A stretch of DNA of 64,000 bases, from IMG/VR virus record IMGVR_UViG_3300021400_003144; one strand, 5' to 3'. A model generated the notes under the pieces. The model was not told the DNA's origin and ran no database searches. It worked only from the letters and a program-made list of their open reading frames with translations. Numbering within the stretch: the first letter of the stretch is position 1; each line of letters starts with the position of its first letter. This document shows, in pieces, positions 40,285 through 50,000 of this stretch. The position numbers were made by a program, and so were the translations under genes. This stretch comes from a virus. Lineage: Duplodnaviria; Caudoviricetes.

Positions 40285-40857
40285 ATGAAAATAGTTTATT
40301 GTCATTTTTCATTTCGTAGACCAAAGGATAAGGGATATGGTATATTTGCTTGTGCTCTATACGCTGATAGTAATGGAAAGAGACTTGTAGCAAGGTCAGT
40401 AGTTGCTCAGAATTTATGGGTTGACCATCAGCATATAACAGCTATTCAGGCTTATGCTAATGCACTCAGTAAGATTTGTGATTGGCAGGATAAGCTAATT
40501 GATAAGGGAGTAACTAATGTGCTTCTTGTGACAGATAATAGCAATTTGGCTGGTTGGATAGCTAATCCTAAGAAGAATAAGGACTTCAGGGAGTATATGG
40601 CAAGAGCATATAAGCCATTTCATTCAGGAAATAAGGAGTTACGCATTGGAGTTGGAATGTGTGAACCTAGAAAGTTAGAGAAGTCATATAAGTTCTGTAA
40701 AGAGGAGCTTGTAGAGAATTGGAGTGAGTTTAATAATTCTAAGGTGAGTGATAATAAGACAAGACTTGAAGTGTCAGGGCTTATGTCAATAGCAGATTTG
40801 CTTAATAAAGATGCTCCTGATGGATTAGATAACTTTAAGCCTAAGAAACTAAGCTGA
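40285..40857 (+). CDS. RNase H-like fold protein, probably inactive
   Basis: VYCHFS...GYGIF, AYANAL, VLLVTDNSNL follow RNase HI topology with first Asp replaced by His. Confidence 0.5.
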   Translation: MKIVYCHFSFRRPKDKGYGIFACALYADSNGKRLVARSVVAQNLWVDHQHITAIQAYANALSKICDWQDKLIDKGVTNVLLVTDNSNLAGWIANPKKNKDFREYMARAYKPFHSGNKELRIGVGMCEPRKLEKSYKFCKEELVENWSEFNNSKVSDNKTRLEVSGLMSIADLLNKDAPDGLDNFKPKKLS

Positions 40858-40894
40858 GAGAATAAATTCGAGTACATGGAGCAAGTAGGAGACA

Positions 40895-41887
40895 ATGGTT
40901 AAAAGTTTAGGTAGAGCTTCAGTTCTCAAAGAGATACAGAGTAAGGCTATGAAGTATAGCATCAGAATTGTAAGTTTAAGTGATATGAAATACAGAATAG
41001 AGCTTAGTGGAGTTTCTATTACATTTGGAAGTGAAGAAGTAATAGTCCATGATTCTGTTAGAGGCAAAGTGATTTTACATGCTTACAAAATTGAGATAAT
41101 TGATGAAGATGATGGAATAGTCAAGCTATTATTTTATGTAGGTAGAACTGTTGGATTACCTTATGGATTCATATATGAAATAGATATAACAGTAAAAGGA
41201 CTAGGGTGCAGGACAAAGATAAAGCCAGATAAAACTAATGTATATAGTGCATATGATAATATAGGAAGCTTAACATATGCTCAGCTTATGAATGTGGTAA
41301 GCGACTATAAAAGTCTGAGTAATATGGAGTATAGGACAATAGTAAAAGGAAATTTACCTTATTTCAATAGAAACATATCAGAGTTAATTAGCTTATTGAG
41401 CAATATGTTTGAGCGTCTACCTAAAGGAAATGTACCTGAGGGCTATGATGATTCACTTTCACAGTTAGTAAAGAGTTATCAGTCTGGATATGACTTTTAC
41501 ATTAATAAAGATTATTATAAGCTGGCTTATGAAGATGGGTCTTTTACTTATTTTAAAGTTAACAGTAGCTGTTATGAATTACTAAAAATAAACAGATTTA
41601 TTGTTAATGAATATAGTTCTGAGAATGTGGATGACTTTAAAAGTATAAGAGTTTTAAAAGATAAGCATAAAGAATTTACACAATACATAACATTGGAAGA
41701 GAATGGTGCTTTCAGTGTTATATTTAATCTTATAAATAATATGTATTACATAAGGTTTAAGATATTCTTGTTAGATTGTTTTGATAAATATGAAGAAGCT
41801 AGAAATTCGTTAGAAATACTTGGTGGAAATAACTCAAACATAAGTGAATTTCAAGACAGTATAATAAAAGAAGTATATGCTATATAA
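40895..41887 (+). CDS. hypothetical protein
   Basis: 330 aa, AGGAG RBS. Confidence 0.75.
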   Translation: MVKSLGRASVLKEIQSKAMKYSIRIVSLSDMKYRIELSGVSITFGSEEVIVHDSVRGKVILHAYKIEIIDEDDGIVKLLFYVGRTVGLPYGFIYEIDITVKGLGCRTKIKPDKTNVYSAYDNIGSLTYAQLMNVVSDYKSLSNMEYRTIVKGNLPYFNRNISELISLLSNMFERLPKGNVPEGYDDSLSQLVKSYQSGYDFYINKDYYKLAYEDGSFTYFKVNSSCYELLKINRFIVNEYSSENVDDFKSIRVLKDKHKEFTQYITLEENGAFSVIFNLINNMYYIRFKIFLLDCFDKYEEARNSLEILGGNNSNISEFQDSIIKEVYAI

Positions 41888-41923
41888 TTTAAGGAAATAC
41901 ATTAAGGAGATTGAGGATAAAAG

Positions 41924-42721
41924 ATGATTACGGAAGTAAGAAACAGGGAATTTAGTAATGGAAAGGTTTATATGCTTAGAACTGAAGATGGGTTTCCATT
42001 GGAAACAACAGATACATTTCTTCCATACTATACTAAGGATTGTATAAATGAACATACAAATGAATTAAAGAGTGATGTACTTGGAACGAGGAAAGACAGA
42101 TGGATGATTGGAGTAAGCTGTATGTCAGGTTGTCCAGTTCATTGTAAGTTCTGTAGTACTGGTAAGTTAAAGAAGTGGAGAAACTTGACAGCTGATGAAA
42201 TTTTTGAGCAAGTAAAATTTATTTTAGATAAAAATAAAGATTACAAGCCTGAAGATGCTAAAGAATTTAAAATTAACTATACACGCATGGGTGAGCCTTT
42301 TCTTAACATTGAAAATGTTAAGAAAGCTATGAAGTTAGTTGATGAGTATGTAGGAGATGGAGTAAGAGTTCATCACTATATAAGTACAGTAGGCATTAAG
42401 GGAAGTGATTTCTCATGGATTAAGGATAACATAACATTACAGCTGAGTTTACATAGTCTTGATGAAGATAGAAGGCATGATTTAATTCCAATAAGTAATT
42501 TAATGAGCATTGAGGAATTGGGTCAGGTCAGAACAGAAAGTAATTTAAAGACTACATTAAATATGACTCTTGTAGATACAGCTGATTTTGATATTAATAA
42601 GCTTACTAAGTATTTTGATAAGGATTATTTCTTTATTAAGCTTAGTCCTATAAATGAGAATGATATAAGCAAAGAAAATAATATGGGTGCTGGAATTATA
42701 AAAGGACAGAATATAATCTAG
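41924..42721 (+). CDS. RlmN/Cfr-like radical SAM enzyme, large subunit lacking the C-terminal ACGQL segment
   Basis: GCPVHCKFCSTG, RNLTADEIFEQV, MGEPFLN, ISTVG, LSLHS; ends at KLSPINEN...QNII. Confidence 0.9.
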   Translation: MITEVRNREFSNGKVYMLRTEDGFPLETTDTFLPYYTKDCINEHTNELKSDVLGTRKDRWMIGVSCMSGCPVHCKFCSTGKLKKWRNLTADEIFEQVKFILDKNKDYKPEDAKEFKINYTRMGEPFLNIENVKKAMKLVDEYVGDGVRVHHYISTVGIKGSDFSWIKDNITLQLSLHSLDEDRRHDLIPISNLMSIEELGQVRTESNLKTTLNMTLVDTADFDINKLTKYFDKDYFFIKLSPINENDISKENNMGAGIIKGQNII

Positions 42722-42744
42722 CATAAAAGGCATAGGAGGTTGCA

Positions 42745-43575
42745 ATGGACAGTAAGTATAATCTAAACGCATTATCTTTTCTTATCGGAAGTTTAAGGGA
42801 TGTGGTTAATAACTTTGGGGCTAATGATAAGTCAGCAGCGTTTTATAGGTCACAGGTTAATAATTTAGTTAATCTTGGACAGTTAAATGAAGTGGATGCT
42901 AATTTGGTTGAGGAACTTGTAGATTTAGACCATCTAAATCATTGGAATAGCAATCAAGTTATGTTAGATAAGTTTACATATTGTATTAACATAGTTCTAT
43001 CAAACGCTTGCCTTAATGGTGATATTATTAAGGCTGACGCTGATAGAATTTTATCATATATAAATAATACTGAAGATACTCAATATATGAGAAAATCAGT
43101 TAAATTAGCACGTAAGGTTCTTGGAGTACCTGAGAATAAAACAGAGAGTAAACCTAACTGGAAATGTAGCACTCAATTTGGTACAAATAAGTTCAGCCAG
43201 AAGGCTATGCAGAATAATAAACCTGTGGCTAAGTCTGTAGATAAGTCTGTAGATAATAAAACTTATAATTTATCAGAAATTAAAAGTGACTTATCTAAAA
43301 GTATAATTAAAGCTGTTAGACCTGGTATGGTATTGGACATAAAGAACATAAATGCAGTATGTAGCAGTGATACTCCATTTTTTAGATACAAATTGCAGGA
43401 TGTAATAAGGGATGAAAAAACAATACTAGAGATAATAACAAAGTTTAAGAATGGATATCCTGTTATGATAGGTGAACTTATAGATGATGGGTGTCATATA
43501 ATAGGTTGTAATAGAAATGAGGAGTATAGCAATATACTTATTGCAAAATTGAATGAGTATGCAAAGTTGATATGA
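42745..43575 (+). CDS. hypothetical protein inside radical SAM cluster
   Basis: AGGAGG RBS; stop overlaps next ATG (ATGA). Confidence 0.8.
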   Translation: MDSKYNLNALSFLIGSLRDVVNNFGANDKSAAFYRSQVNNLVNLGQLNEVDANLVEELVDLDHLNHWNSNQVMLDKFTYCINIVLSNACLNGDIIKADADRILSYINNTEDTQYMRKSVKLARKVLGVPENKTESKPNWKCSTQFGTNKFSQKAMQNNKPVAKSVDKSVDNKTYNLSEIKSDLSKSIIKAVRPGMVLDIKNINAVCSSDTPFFRYKLQDVIRDEKTILEIITKFKNGYPVMIGELIDDGCHIIGCNRNEEYSNILIAKLNEYAKLI

Positions 43576-44429
43576 TACATATAAAAGATATTAGGGTTCA
43601 GACTAAAACATGTCTTAAAAATGGAAAGACTCAACATGATTTAGGTAAGGTTTTACAATTATATGTAGTAACCACTAGAAAGTGTAATGCGAGCTGTGAG
43701 TTTTGTGAGTTTAAGGGTGAAGTTGAGAAAGTAAATCTTGTTAAGTTTAAAGAGACTTTTGAGAAATTAAGTAAATACTTTTATATAAGTGCAGTACATT
43801 TTACTGGTGGTGAACCTTCACTTGAAATTGATACAATAAGAGATATTTGTGATTACATTAAAGAAAAAGATGTATTCATATTTACAAGTGCCAATACAAA
43901 TGGTATTAAGTTGAATGAGCTTAAGGAGATTAAGAATCTTGATAATGTAGCTCTTAGTAGACATGGGTTAAGTCAGAAAGAAAATGAGAATATATTTAAA
44001 ACAAGTAGTATAGCAAATGAGGATGACATAAAGAACTTTCCTAAAAACAAGTTACATCTAAGTTGTAACATGATAAAAGGTTATGTGGACAGTGAAGAAA
44101 AGATATATGACTACTTGGATAAGTATTCTGACTTAGGTGTTTATGATGTAGGTTTTGTAAATCTGATGAAAATAAATGAGTACTGTAAAGAAAAATTTGC
44201 AGAGTTTCCAAAAGAGCTTAGTAAATGTACTCAGACAAAGAGGTTTCAGAATATACAAGATGATATAGAAACTTGCCAGTGTAGAAACTGGTTATATAGT
44301 AATAAGAATTGTAACTTTGTATCCATATATAACAGGCATGTAGTTGGTAAGTCTGACTTAGTTGGAGCATTAATCTATGAAAATAACAAGTTATATGCTG
44401 GTTGGGGTGGAGAAGAGATACAAATATAA
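43572..44429 (+). CDS. radical SAM enzyme (GGEP type)
   Basis: CNASCEFC, HFTGGEP, NTNG, extra C-terminal Cys (TCQCRNW). Confidence 0.9.
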   Translation: MIHIKDIRVQTKTCLKNGKTQHDLGKVLQLYVVTTRKCNASCEFCEFKGEVEKVNLVKFKETFEKLSKYFYISAVHFTGGEPSLEIDTIRDICDYIKEKDVFIFTSANTNGIKLNELKEIKNLDNVALSRHGLSQKENENIFKTSSIANEDDIKNFPKNKLHLSCNMIKGYVDSEEKIYDYLDKYSDLGVYDVGFVNLMKINEYCKEKFAEFPKELSKCTQTKRFQNIQDDIETCQCRNWLYSNKNCNFVSIYNRHVVGKSDLVGALIYENNKLYAGWGGEEIQI

Positions 44430-44461
44430 AAATTAAATAAATTAAAGAAGGAGAAATTAAC

Positions 44462-44590
44462 ATGGATAAGATTATTGAAGCACTTAAAGATGCAGGGTAT
44501 GACTATGGTGTTGCTATTGCTACTCAGGCGGAGATTAAAGCTGGAGCAGCTTGTGGTCAATTAAGTTTAATTGTTGAGAACGAAAAGTAA
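44462..44590 (+). CDS. 42-aa peptide carrying the RlmN/Cfr catalytic AACGQL motif (not in ORF track)
   Basis: AAGGAG at 44448-44453, ATG 44462; MDKIIEALKDAGYDYGVAIATQAEIKAGAACGQLSLIVENEK. Confidence 0.9.
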   Translation: MDKIIEALKDAGYDYGVAIATQAEIKAGAACGQLSLIVENEK

Positions 44591-44681
44591 GAAGTAAGTA
44601 AAGGCAGTTAGTTAAAGAGTAATTATGCAGCTGCATTTGTATATAAATTTGGATAGGATTAGGATAGACTGGAGATTTTAG

Positions 44682-46964
44682 ATGAAACGTGTGGATTTAA
44701 CTGGAAAGACATTTGGAGAATTACTTGTACTTAGATATCTAGGGGATAAAACATATGTATGCAGATGTAGCTGCGGAAAAGAGATTGAGGTAGCAACATA
44801 TAGTCTGACAAGCGGAAAGAAAACTTCATGCGGACATGATAGAGTTAAAACTAATCTCAAGGGTAAAATGATTGGCAACTGGAAAGTTCTTGAGTACAAT
44901 AATGATGGAAGATGGTTGTGTGAGTGTCAGTGTGATAAGCATACAAGAAGATTGCTATATACTAACACACTTACAACTGGGAAGAGTCTGAGCTGTGGTT
45001 GTCAAGTAAAGCATACAGAGTTATTAAAAGATAAACCAGGTGATGTATATGGTGAATGGACATTATTAGAGCCATTACATAATGGAAAGTGGCTATGCAG
45101 ATGCAGTTGTGGAACTGTAAAAGAGGTAAATACAAATCAACTTCATAGTGGACAGAGTAAGAGCTGTGGGCATAGCAGATATGAAGCTAGAGTAGACTAC
45201 AAGGGTAAAAACATAGGTGACTATGGGGTTCTAGAATATATAGGTAATAGGATTTGGAAGTGCAAGTGTTTAAAATGTGGAGAGATTAAAGAAATAAGCC
45301 AAGCAAACTTAAAGGCTGAGGTTGGAACCAGATGTTCTAAAATAACATACAGAGAGAATCTTGTAGGAAAAATGTTTGGAAGATGGCAAGTTCTAGCATA
45401 CAGCGGAGATGGAAAGTGGATTTGTGAGTGCAGTTGTAAAAATCATACAAGAAGAGAGATTGAGACACATGTACTAAAATCTGGAAACAGTAAGAGTTGC
45501 GGATGTTTAATACATGATTTTGCTAGAGAGACACAGCTAAAAGACTTAACAGGTCAGATATTTGGAAACTGGAAAGCTATTGAGTATGCTGGAGACAGAA
45601 AATGGAGATGTGAGAATATTAAAAGTCATGAAATTAGAAACATACAAGGTTATAGCTTAACAAATGGATTAAATAAAGGAACAGCTAACAGGTATTCAGA
45701 CAATATAAATATAGGTGATAAATTTGGTAGATGGACAGTTATAGGTAAAGCTGGAGCAGAGCAATCTTATAAAATAATATGTCAGTGTAGCTGTGATAAA
45801 AAGACAATAAGGCTTATAAATGGTGCTTTCTTAATAAATGGATTGACTAAGAGTTGCGGATGTTTACAGGGTGAGCTTAGAAAGCAAGTACTGATTCAGA
45901 AGTATGGTGAAGTAGCTACTAATAAGGTGAATAAGCCTAGAGAAAAATGGCAGATAGAAGCTTTAAATAGCAAATATAACTTAGAGAACTATATTAATGC
46001 TATTGAAGATAAGACAGTAGTAAATATAGCAAATGGATTGGGTATAACTAGAGCTATCGCTCTTAGATATATACATAAGTATGGATTGGAATCTATTATA
46101 GAGTTCAATACTATGTCATCCTCTTATGAAAAGGAAATTGTAGAATTTATAAGAGGACTTGGAATTACAAATATAGTAACAAATGATAGAACTTTGATTA
46201 ATCCTTATGAAATTGATATATACTTACCGGATTTAAGAATTGGAATTGAGTTTAATGGTACATATTGGCATAGTAATATTTTTAAAAATAAGAAGTATCA
46301 TCAAGCTAAGTCAATATATGCATATCGTAAAACAGTAAAATTAATTCATATATTTGAATATGAATGGAGAACAAACAAGGAAGAAATTAAGGAGTACCTT
46401 AAAACTAAAATATGTGGACCAACTCAGTCAGTCTCTGCACGTAATACATATATTAAGCATGTAGATAGAGATGAAGCTATTGATTTTTTAGAGGAAAATC
46501 ATTTGCAGGGTTATGCTGAGTCATCAATCAATTTAGGTTGTTATTATAATAATGAGTTAATTGGTATAATGACTTTTGGAAAGCCTAGATTCAATAATGA
46601 ATATGAGTATGAAATTATAAGGTCTGCTTGGAAGAAAGGATATGCTGTAACAGGTGGTATAGAGAAATTATTTAAGCATTTTATAACAGAGTATACACCA
46701 AATAATGTAATGAGCTATTGTAATATAGCTAAGTTTGATGGTGGAAGCTATGGTAGATTAGGATTTAAGCTTGTAAGTATAACTGAACCAAACTATGTAT
46801 GGGTTAAAGACAATACTGTACTTTCAAGATACAAGACAACAAAGAAAGACCTATTAGATGCTGGTATTGGTACAGAGGAAGATACTGAAGATAGCATTAT
46901 GGAGAATTTAGGATACCTTAAGGTTTATGATTGTGGCAATTATAAGTTTGTTTGGAATAAATAA
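44682..46964 (+). CDS. Hef-like putative homing endonuclease with 7 Cys-rich repeats, PD-(D/E)XK domain and GNAT-like C-terminus
   Basis: repeats like DLTGKTFGELLV...CRCSCG...SCG; YEIDIYLPDLRIGIEFNGTYWH; FLEENHLQG...YDCG. Confidence 0.8.
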   Translation: MKRVDLTGKTFGELLVLRYLGDKTYVCRCSCGKEIEVATYSLTSGKKTSCGHDRVKTNLKGKMIGNWKVLEYNNDGRWLCECQCDKHTRRLLYTNTLTTGKSLSCGCQVKHTELLKDKPGDVYGEWTLLEPLHNGKWLCRCSCGTVKEVNTNQLHSGQSKSCGHSRYEARVDYKGKNIGDYGVLEYIGNRIWKCKCLKCGEIKEISQANLKAEVGTRCSKITYRENLVGKMFGRWQVLAYSGDGKWICECSCKNHTRREIETHVLKSGNSKSCGCLIHDFARETQLKDLTGQIFGNWKAIEYAGDRKWRCENIKSHEIRNIQGYSLTNGLNKGTANRYSDNINIGDKFGRWTVIGKAGAEQSYKIICQCSCDKKTIRLINGAFLINGLTKSCGCLQGELRKQVLIQKYGEVATNKVNKPREKWQIEALNSKYNLENYINAIEDKTVVNIANGLGITRAIALRYIHKYGLESIIEFNTMSSSYEKEIVEFIRGLGITNIVTNDRTLINPYEIDIYLPDLRIGIEFNGTYWHSNIFKNKKYHQAKSIYAYRKTVKLIHIFEYEWRTNKEEIKEYLKTKICGPTQSVSARNTYIKHVDRDEAIDFLEENHLQGYAESSINLGCYYNNELIGIMTFGKPRFNNEYEYEIIRSAWKKGYAVTGGIEKLFKHFITEYTPNNVMSYCNIAKFDGGSYGRLGFKLVSITEPNYVWVKDNTVLSRYKTTKKDLLDAGIGTEEDTEDSIMENLGYLKVYDCGNYKFVWNK

Positions 46965-46966
46965 GT

Positions 46967-47006
46967 AATTTGGAAATTTGGGAATTTGGGAATTTGAGAA
47001 TTTTGG
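46967..47006 (+). repeat. 8-bp tandem repeat AATTTG(G/A)(G/A) x4-5
   Basis: aatttgga aatttggg aatttggg aatttgag aattttgg. Confidence 0.75.
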
Positions 47007-47083
47007 ATAAGCATTTGGGATTGATTTTAGCTAGTTAATAGTTAAAATATATAATAATTTTAGTTAGGAGATTGTAATTTATT

Positions 47084-50000
47084 ATGATTACCAGTGGTGT
47101 ATATAAATTATCAGATGGAACTGAGTATGGAGCAGTAGTAGATTTTACTAAAACAAGTACAGATGTTATTTTGTTTCAAAATAATCAGGTTGTATCAGCA
47201 TATAAGAAGAATCCGGATTTTGAGGGGGCATTTAATAATAAGCTAGGTGAGAATGTAGCTAAGATTATAAAGATAGGTATTAGTGGATGTAACTCTAAGA
47301 ATGGAATACCTGCACCATTCATACTTGGTGCTTGTTCTAAGCATACTTTTAAGAAAAGTAATATAAACTTTGAAATAAGCAGGTTCAATGACGGAATTTG
47401 CGGTGCATTTATAACATCAGATATGTACATGATTGATTTACAGTTCTGTGACCAGAATTGGAAAGCACCTGAAATTAATTATGTTGAATATACAAAAAAG
47501 GAATCAGATATTAAAGTAAGTGATAGTACAGAAGAAGATATTCCTGTACGTTCTCTTGAGGAAATTGCTCTTACTAAGGATATAACATGGCTTAAGAATA
47601 AAAATTATTACATTGTTAATGATGAAGCTACAGCAGAGAAGCTATTTCAATTCCTTGAGAATTATAATGATATAATCTCTTTCGATACTGAGACAACTGG
47701 TCTGAGAATTAATATGTTCTGTCAGATTGGAAGTGATAAGAAGAAGGAGCTTGATGAATTAAATTCAAAGGCTAAGAGTAAGGATGATATAATCAGAACA
47801 GATAAGCTTGTTGGATTTATATATTCTGTACAGGAAAATGTTGGTTACTATTTTCCTGTAGGAAATAGAAAGTTTAAGAACTTATATACTGATGTAAATG
47901 AGCCTATTACAAGAAAAACAATCAATAATATTCTGGCTAGCTATACTATAGGTGAGTATAGAGACAGACATGATTGTATGGCTGAGTTTATAAGAAATAC
48001 GTCTCCAGAACAGTGGGGTCCAGATGTAATTCTTATGGAGCGTAATAGAAAGATACTTGAAACTAAGTATCTGCTTGCTCATAATGGTACATTCGAGTGG
48101 AAAGTTTGTTGGTGCTATAATATTGATTTTAACCTTAAGGAAGATACAATGATTATGCATCAGCTCATGTATAAGTTCCGTTCAACCACTAGAAATAGTG
48201 GAGAGCCTTCTAACTTGAAGTATTTGTCTAAGACTGAGCTTGGTGTTGACCAGCTTGAACTTAGCGATTTCTTTAGTGGTTTCAGTGAGGATGATAGTGG
48301 TAAGACAAAGCAATCATCTAAGAGCAAGAAGAACTTAAGAATAGACTTCTCATACATGGATTATGATGGTTCAAGAGCATATGCTCCAGCTGATGGAGAT
48401 TTAACACTATGTTTATGTCATAAGTATAAGAAGGATATGCTTGCTAATCATAAGGAACTTGAGTATTTGTATCATGTAGAAATACTTGTAAGCTGTGCTA
48501 TAGCTTACATGGAGTTCTATGGGCATAGAATAGATCCTGAGAAGATTGATAATATCAGAAAGGATTATATTTCTGATAAGATTGAAACAGAACATGCATT
48601 TAGAGTATCAATTAATTACAATACTCCTGATGAAGATGTTGTGTTTGAGGAAATAAATAAGATTAAGGCTGATATAGCTGACCTTACAAGCCATATAGAT
48701 GAGCTTAAGAAAACTAACTTAGATGAAGATAAAGAATTACTGGAGCAGCTAAAAGAAGCTAGAAGAGCACAGTATAAGAATAAAGAGGAACTTCAGGTTA
48801 AAGCTAGTGCTATAATGGAAAATAGTGCTAACAGTATTAATCTTGGTTCACCTTCACAGCTTGCTGAATTGTTCTATGGAACTCTTCAGATACCTTGTCC
48901 TAGTGACAAATGGACAATATCTAAAAAGATTATTGGACAGGTAGCTAAAATGAAGAATACAGATGGTACATTGAAGTATCCATGCGTAGCAATATATCAG
49001 AAGTGGAAGAATCTAGATACATACCTTACTAAGTTCTTTGATAACTTACCAGATTTCATGTATCCAGGTGGGTTTATATTTAGTCATTTTGGACAGATTA
49101 GTACAGCAACAGGTAGAATGAGCTGTAATAAGCCTAATGCTCAGCAGTACCCAAAGGCTGTAACAGCTATTGTAAAGCCAAGACCTGGGTTTGTAATGGT
49201 AGATGCAGACTTCTCTCAGATTGAGTATAGAACACTAGTAGCATTGGCTGGTGAGGAGGCACTTAAGAAGAAGTTTGAAGATCCTGATATGGACTATCAT
49301 ACAACCATGGCATCACTAATGTATGGGGTACCTTATGCCTCAGTAACAGCTAAACAAAGAGGAGACGCGAAGTCGTTCAATTTTGGTATACCTTATGGCA
49401 TGGGATTTGGAAGTCTAGCCATTTTACTTACTGGTGTGAACACTGAAGCAACAAGAGCTGAGGCTATGGAAAAGTATGAACTTTACTTTAAGGACCAGCC
49501 TCATGTAAGACAGTACTTTAGAGATGTAAAAGAGTCAGCTAGTATTAAGGGATACACTGAGACACATTGGGGTAGACGTAGATACTATAGCTTTGTAGAT
49601 AAAGATGGTAACTATAGTAATGCTAAAAAGGCTCAGGCTTTAAGACAAGCAGGCAATGCGATTATCCAGGGGACAGCGGCTGATATCTTTAAGATCGCTG
49701 TTGCTCGTAACTTTGCATTTATAAGAGCAAATAAGCTTTTTGGAAAAATGTTGATTGTAAACATGGTTCATGATGAGCAGTTGCTTGAAGTTGATGCTAC
49801 TAAGTTAAATGTTCAGAGCATAGTTAGTGCTCTAGTACAGAACATGGAACTTAAGATTGATGGTTTCCCTCCTCTATATGTAGGTGCTGGTGTAGGTTTA
49901 TCATGGAAAGATGCTAAGGGTAAGATGAACGAAATCAATCCTAAACTTGCACATCAGCTTGTAGCAGAGTCAGAGGGCAAGCCAATTTTTGTAGATAAGC

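Noticed and set aside
42719-42766. TAG read-through (alternative genetic code) completing the RlmN-like gene
   Set aside because: Reading through gives HKRHRRLQWTVSII then TAA, with no ACGQL. Other TAG stops (4716, 7421, 28332) are followed by normal RBS/starts and long genes are uninterrupted under code 11.
43230-43253. 12-bp tandem duplication taagtctgtaga
   Set aside because: Simple in-frame KSVD duplication in a linker.
42722-44461. Self-splicing intron or IS splitting rlmN
   Set aside because: The interval is fully occupied by two ORFs with no transposase, maturase or structured intron core, and the downstream part has its own RBS and ATG.
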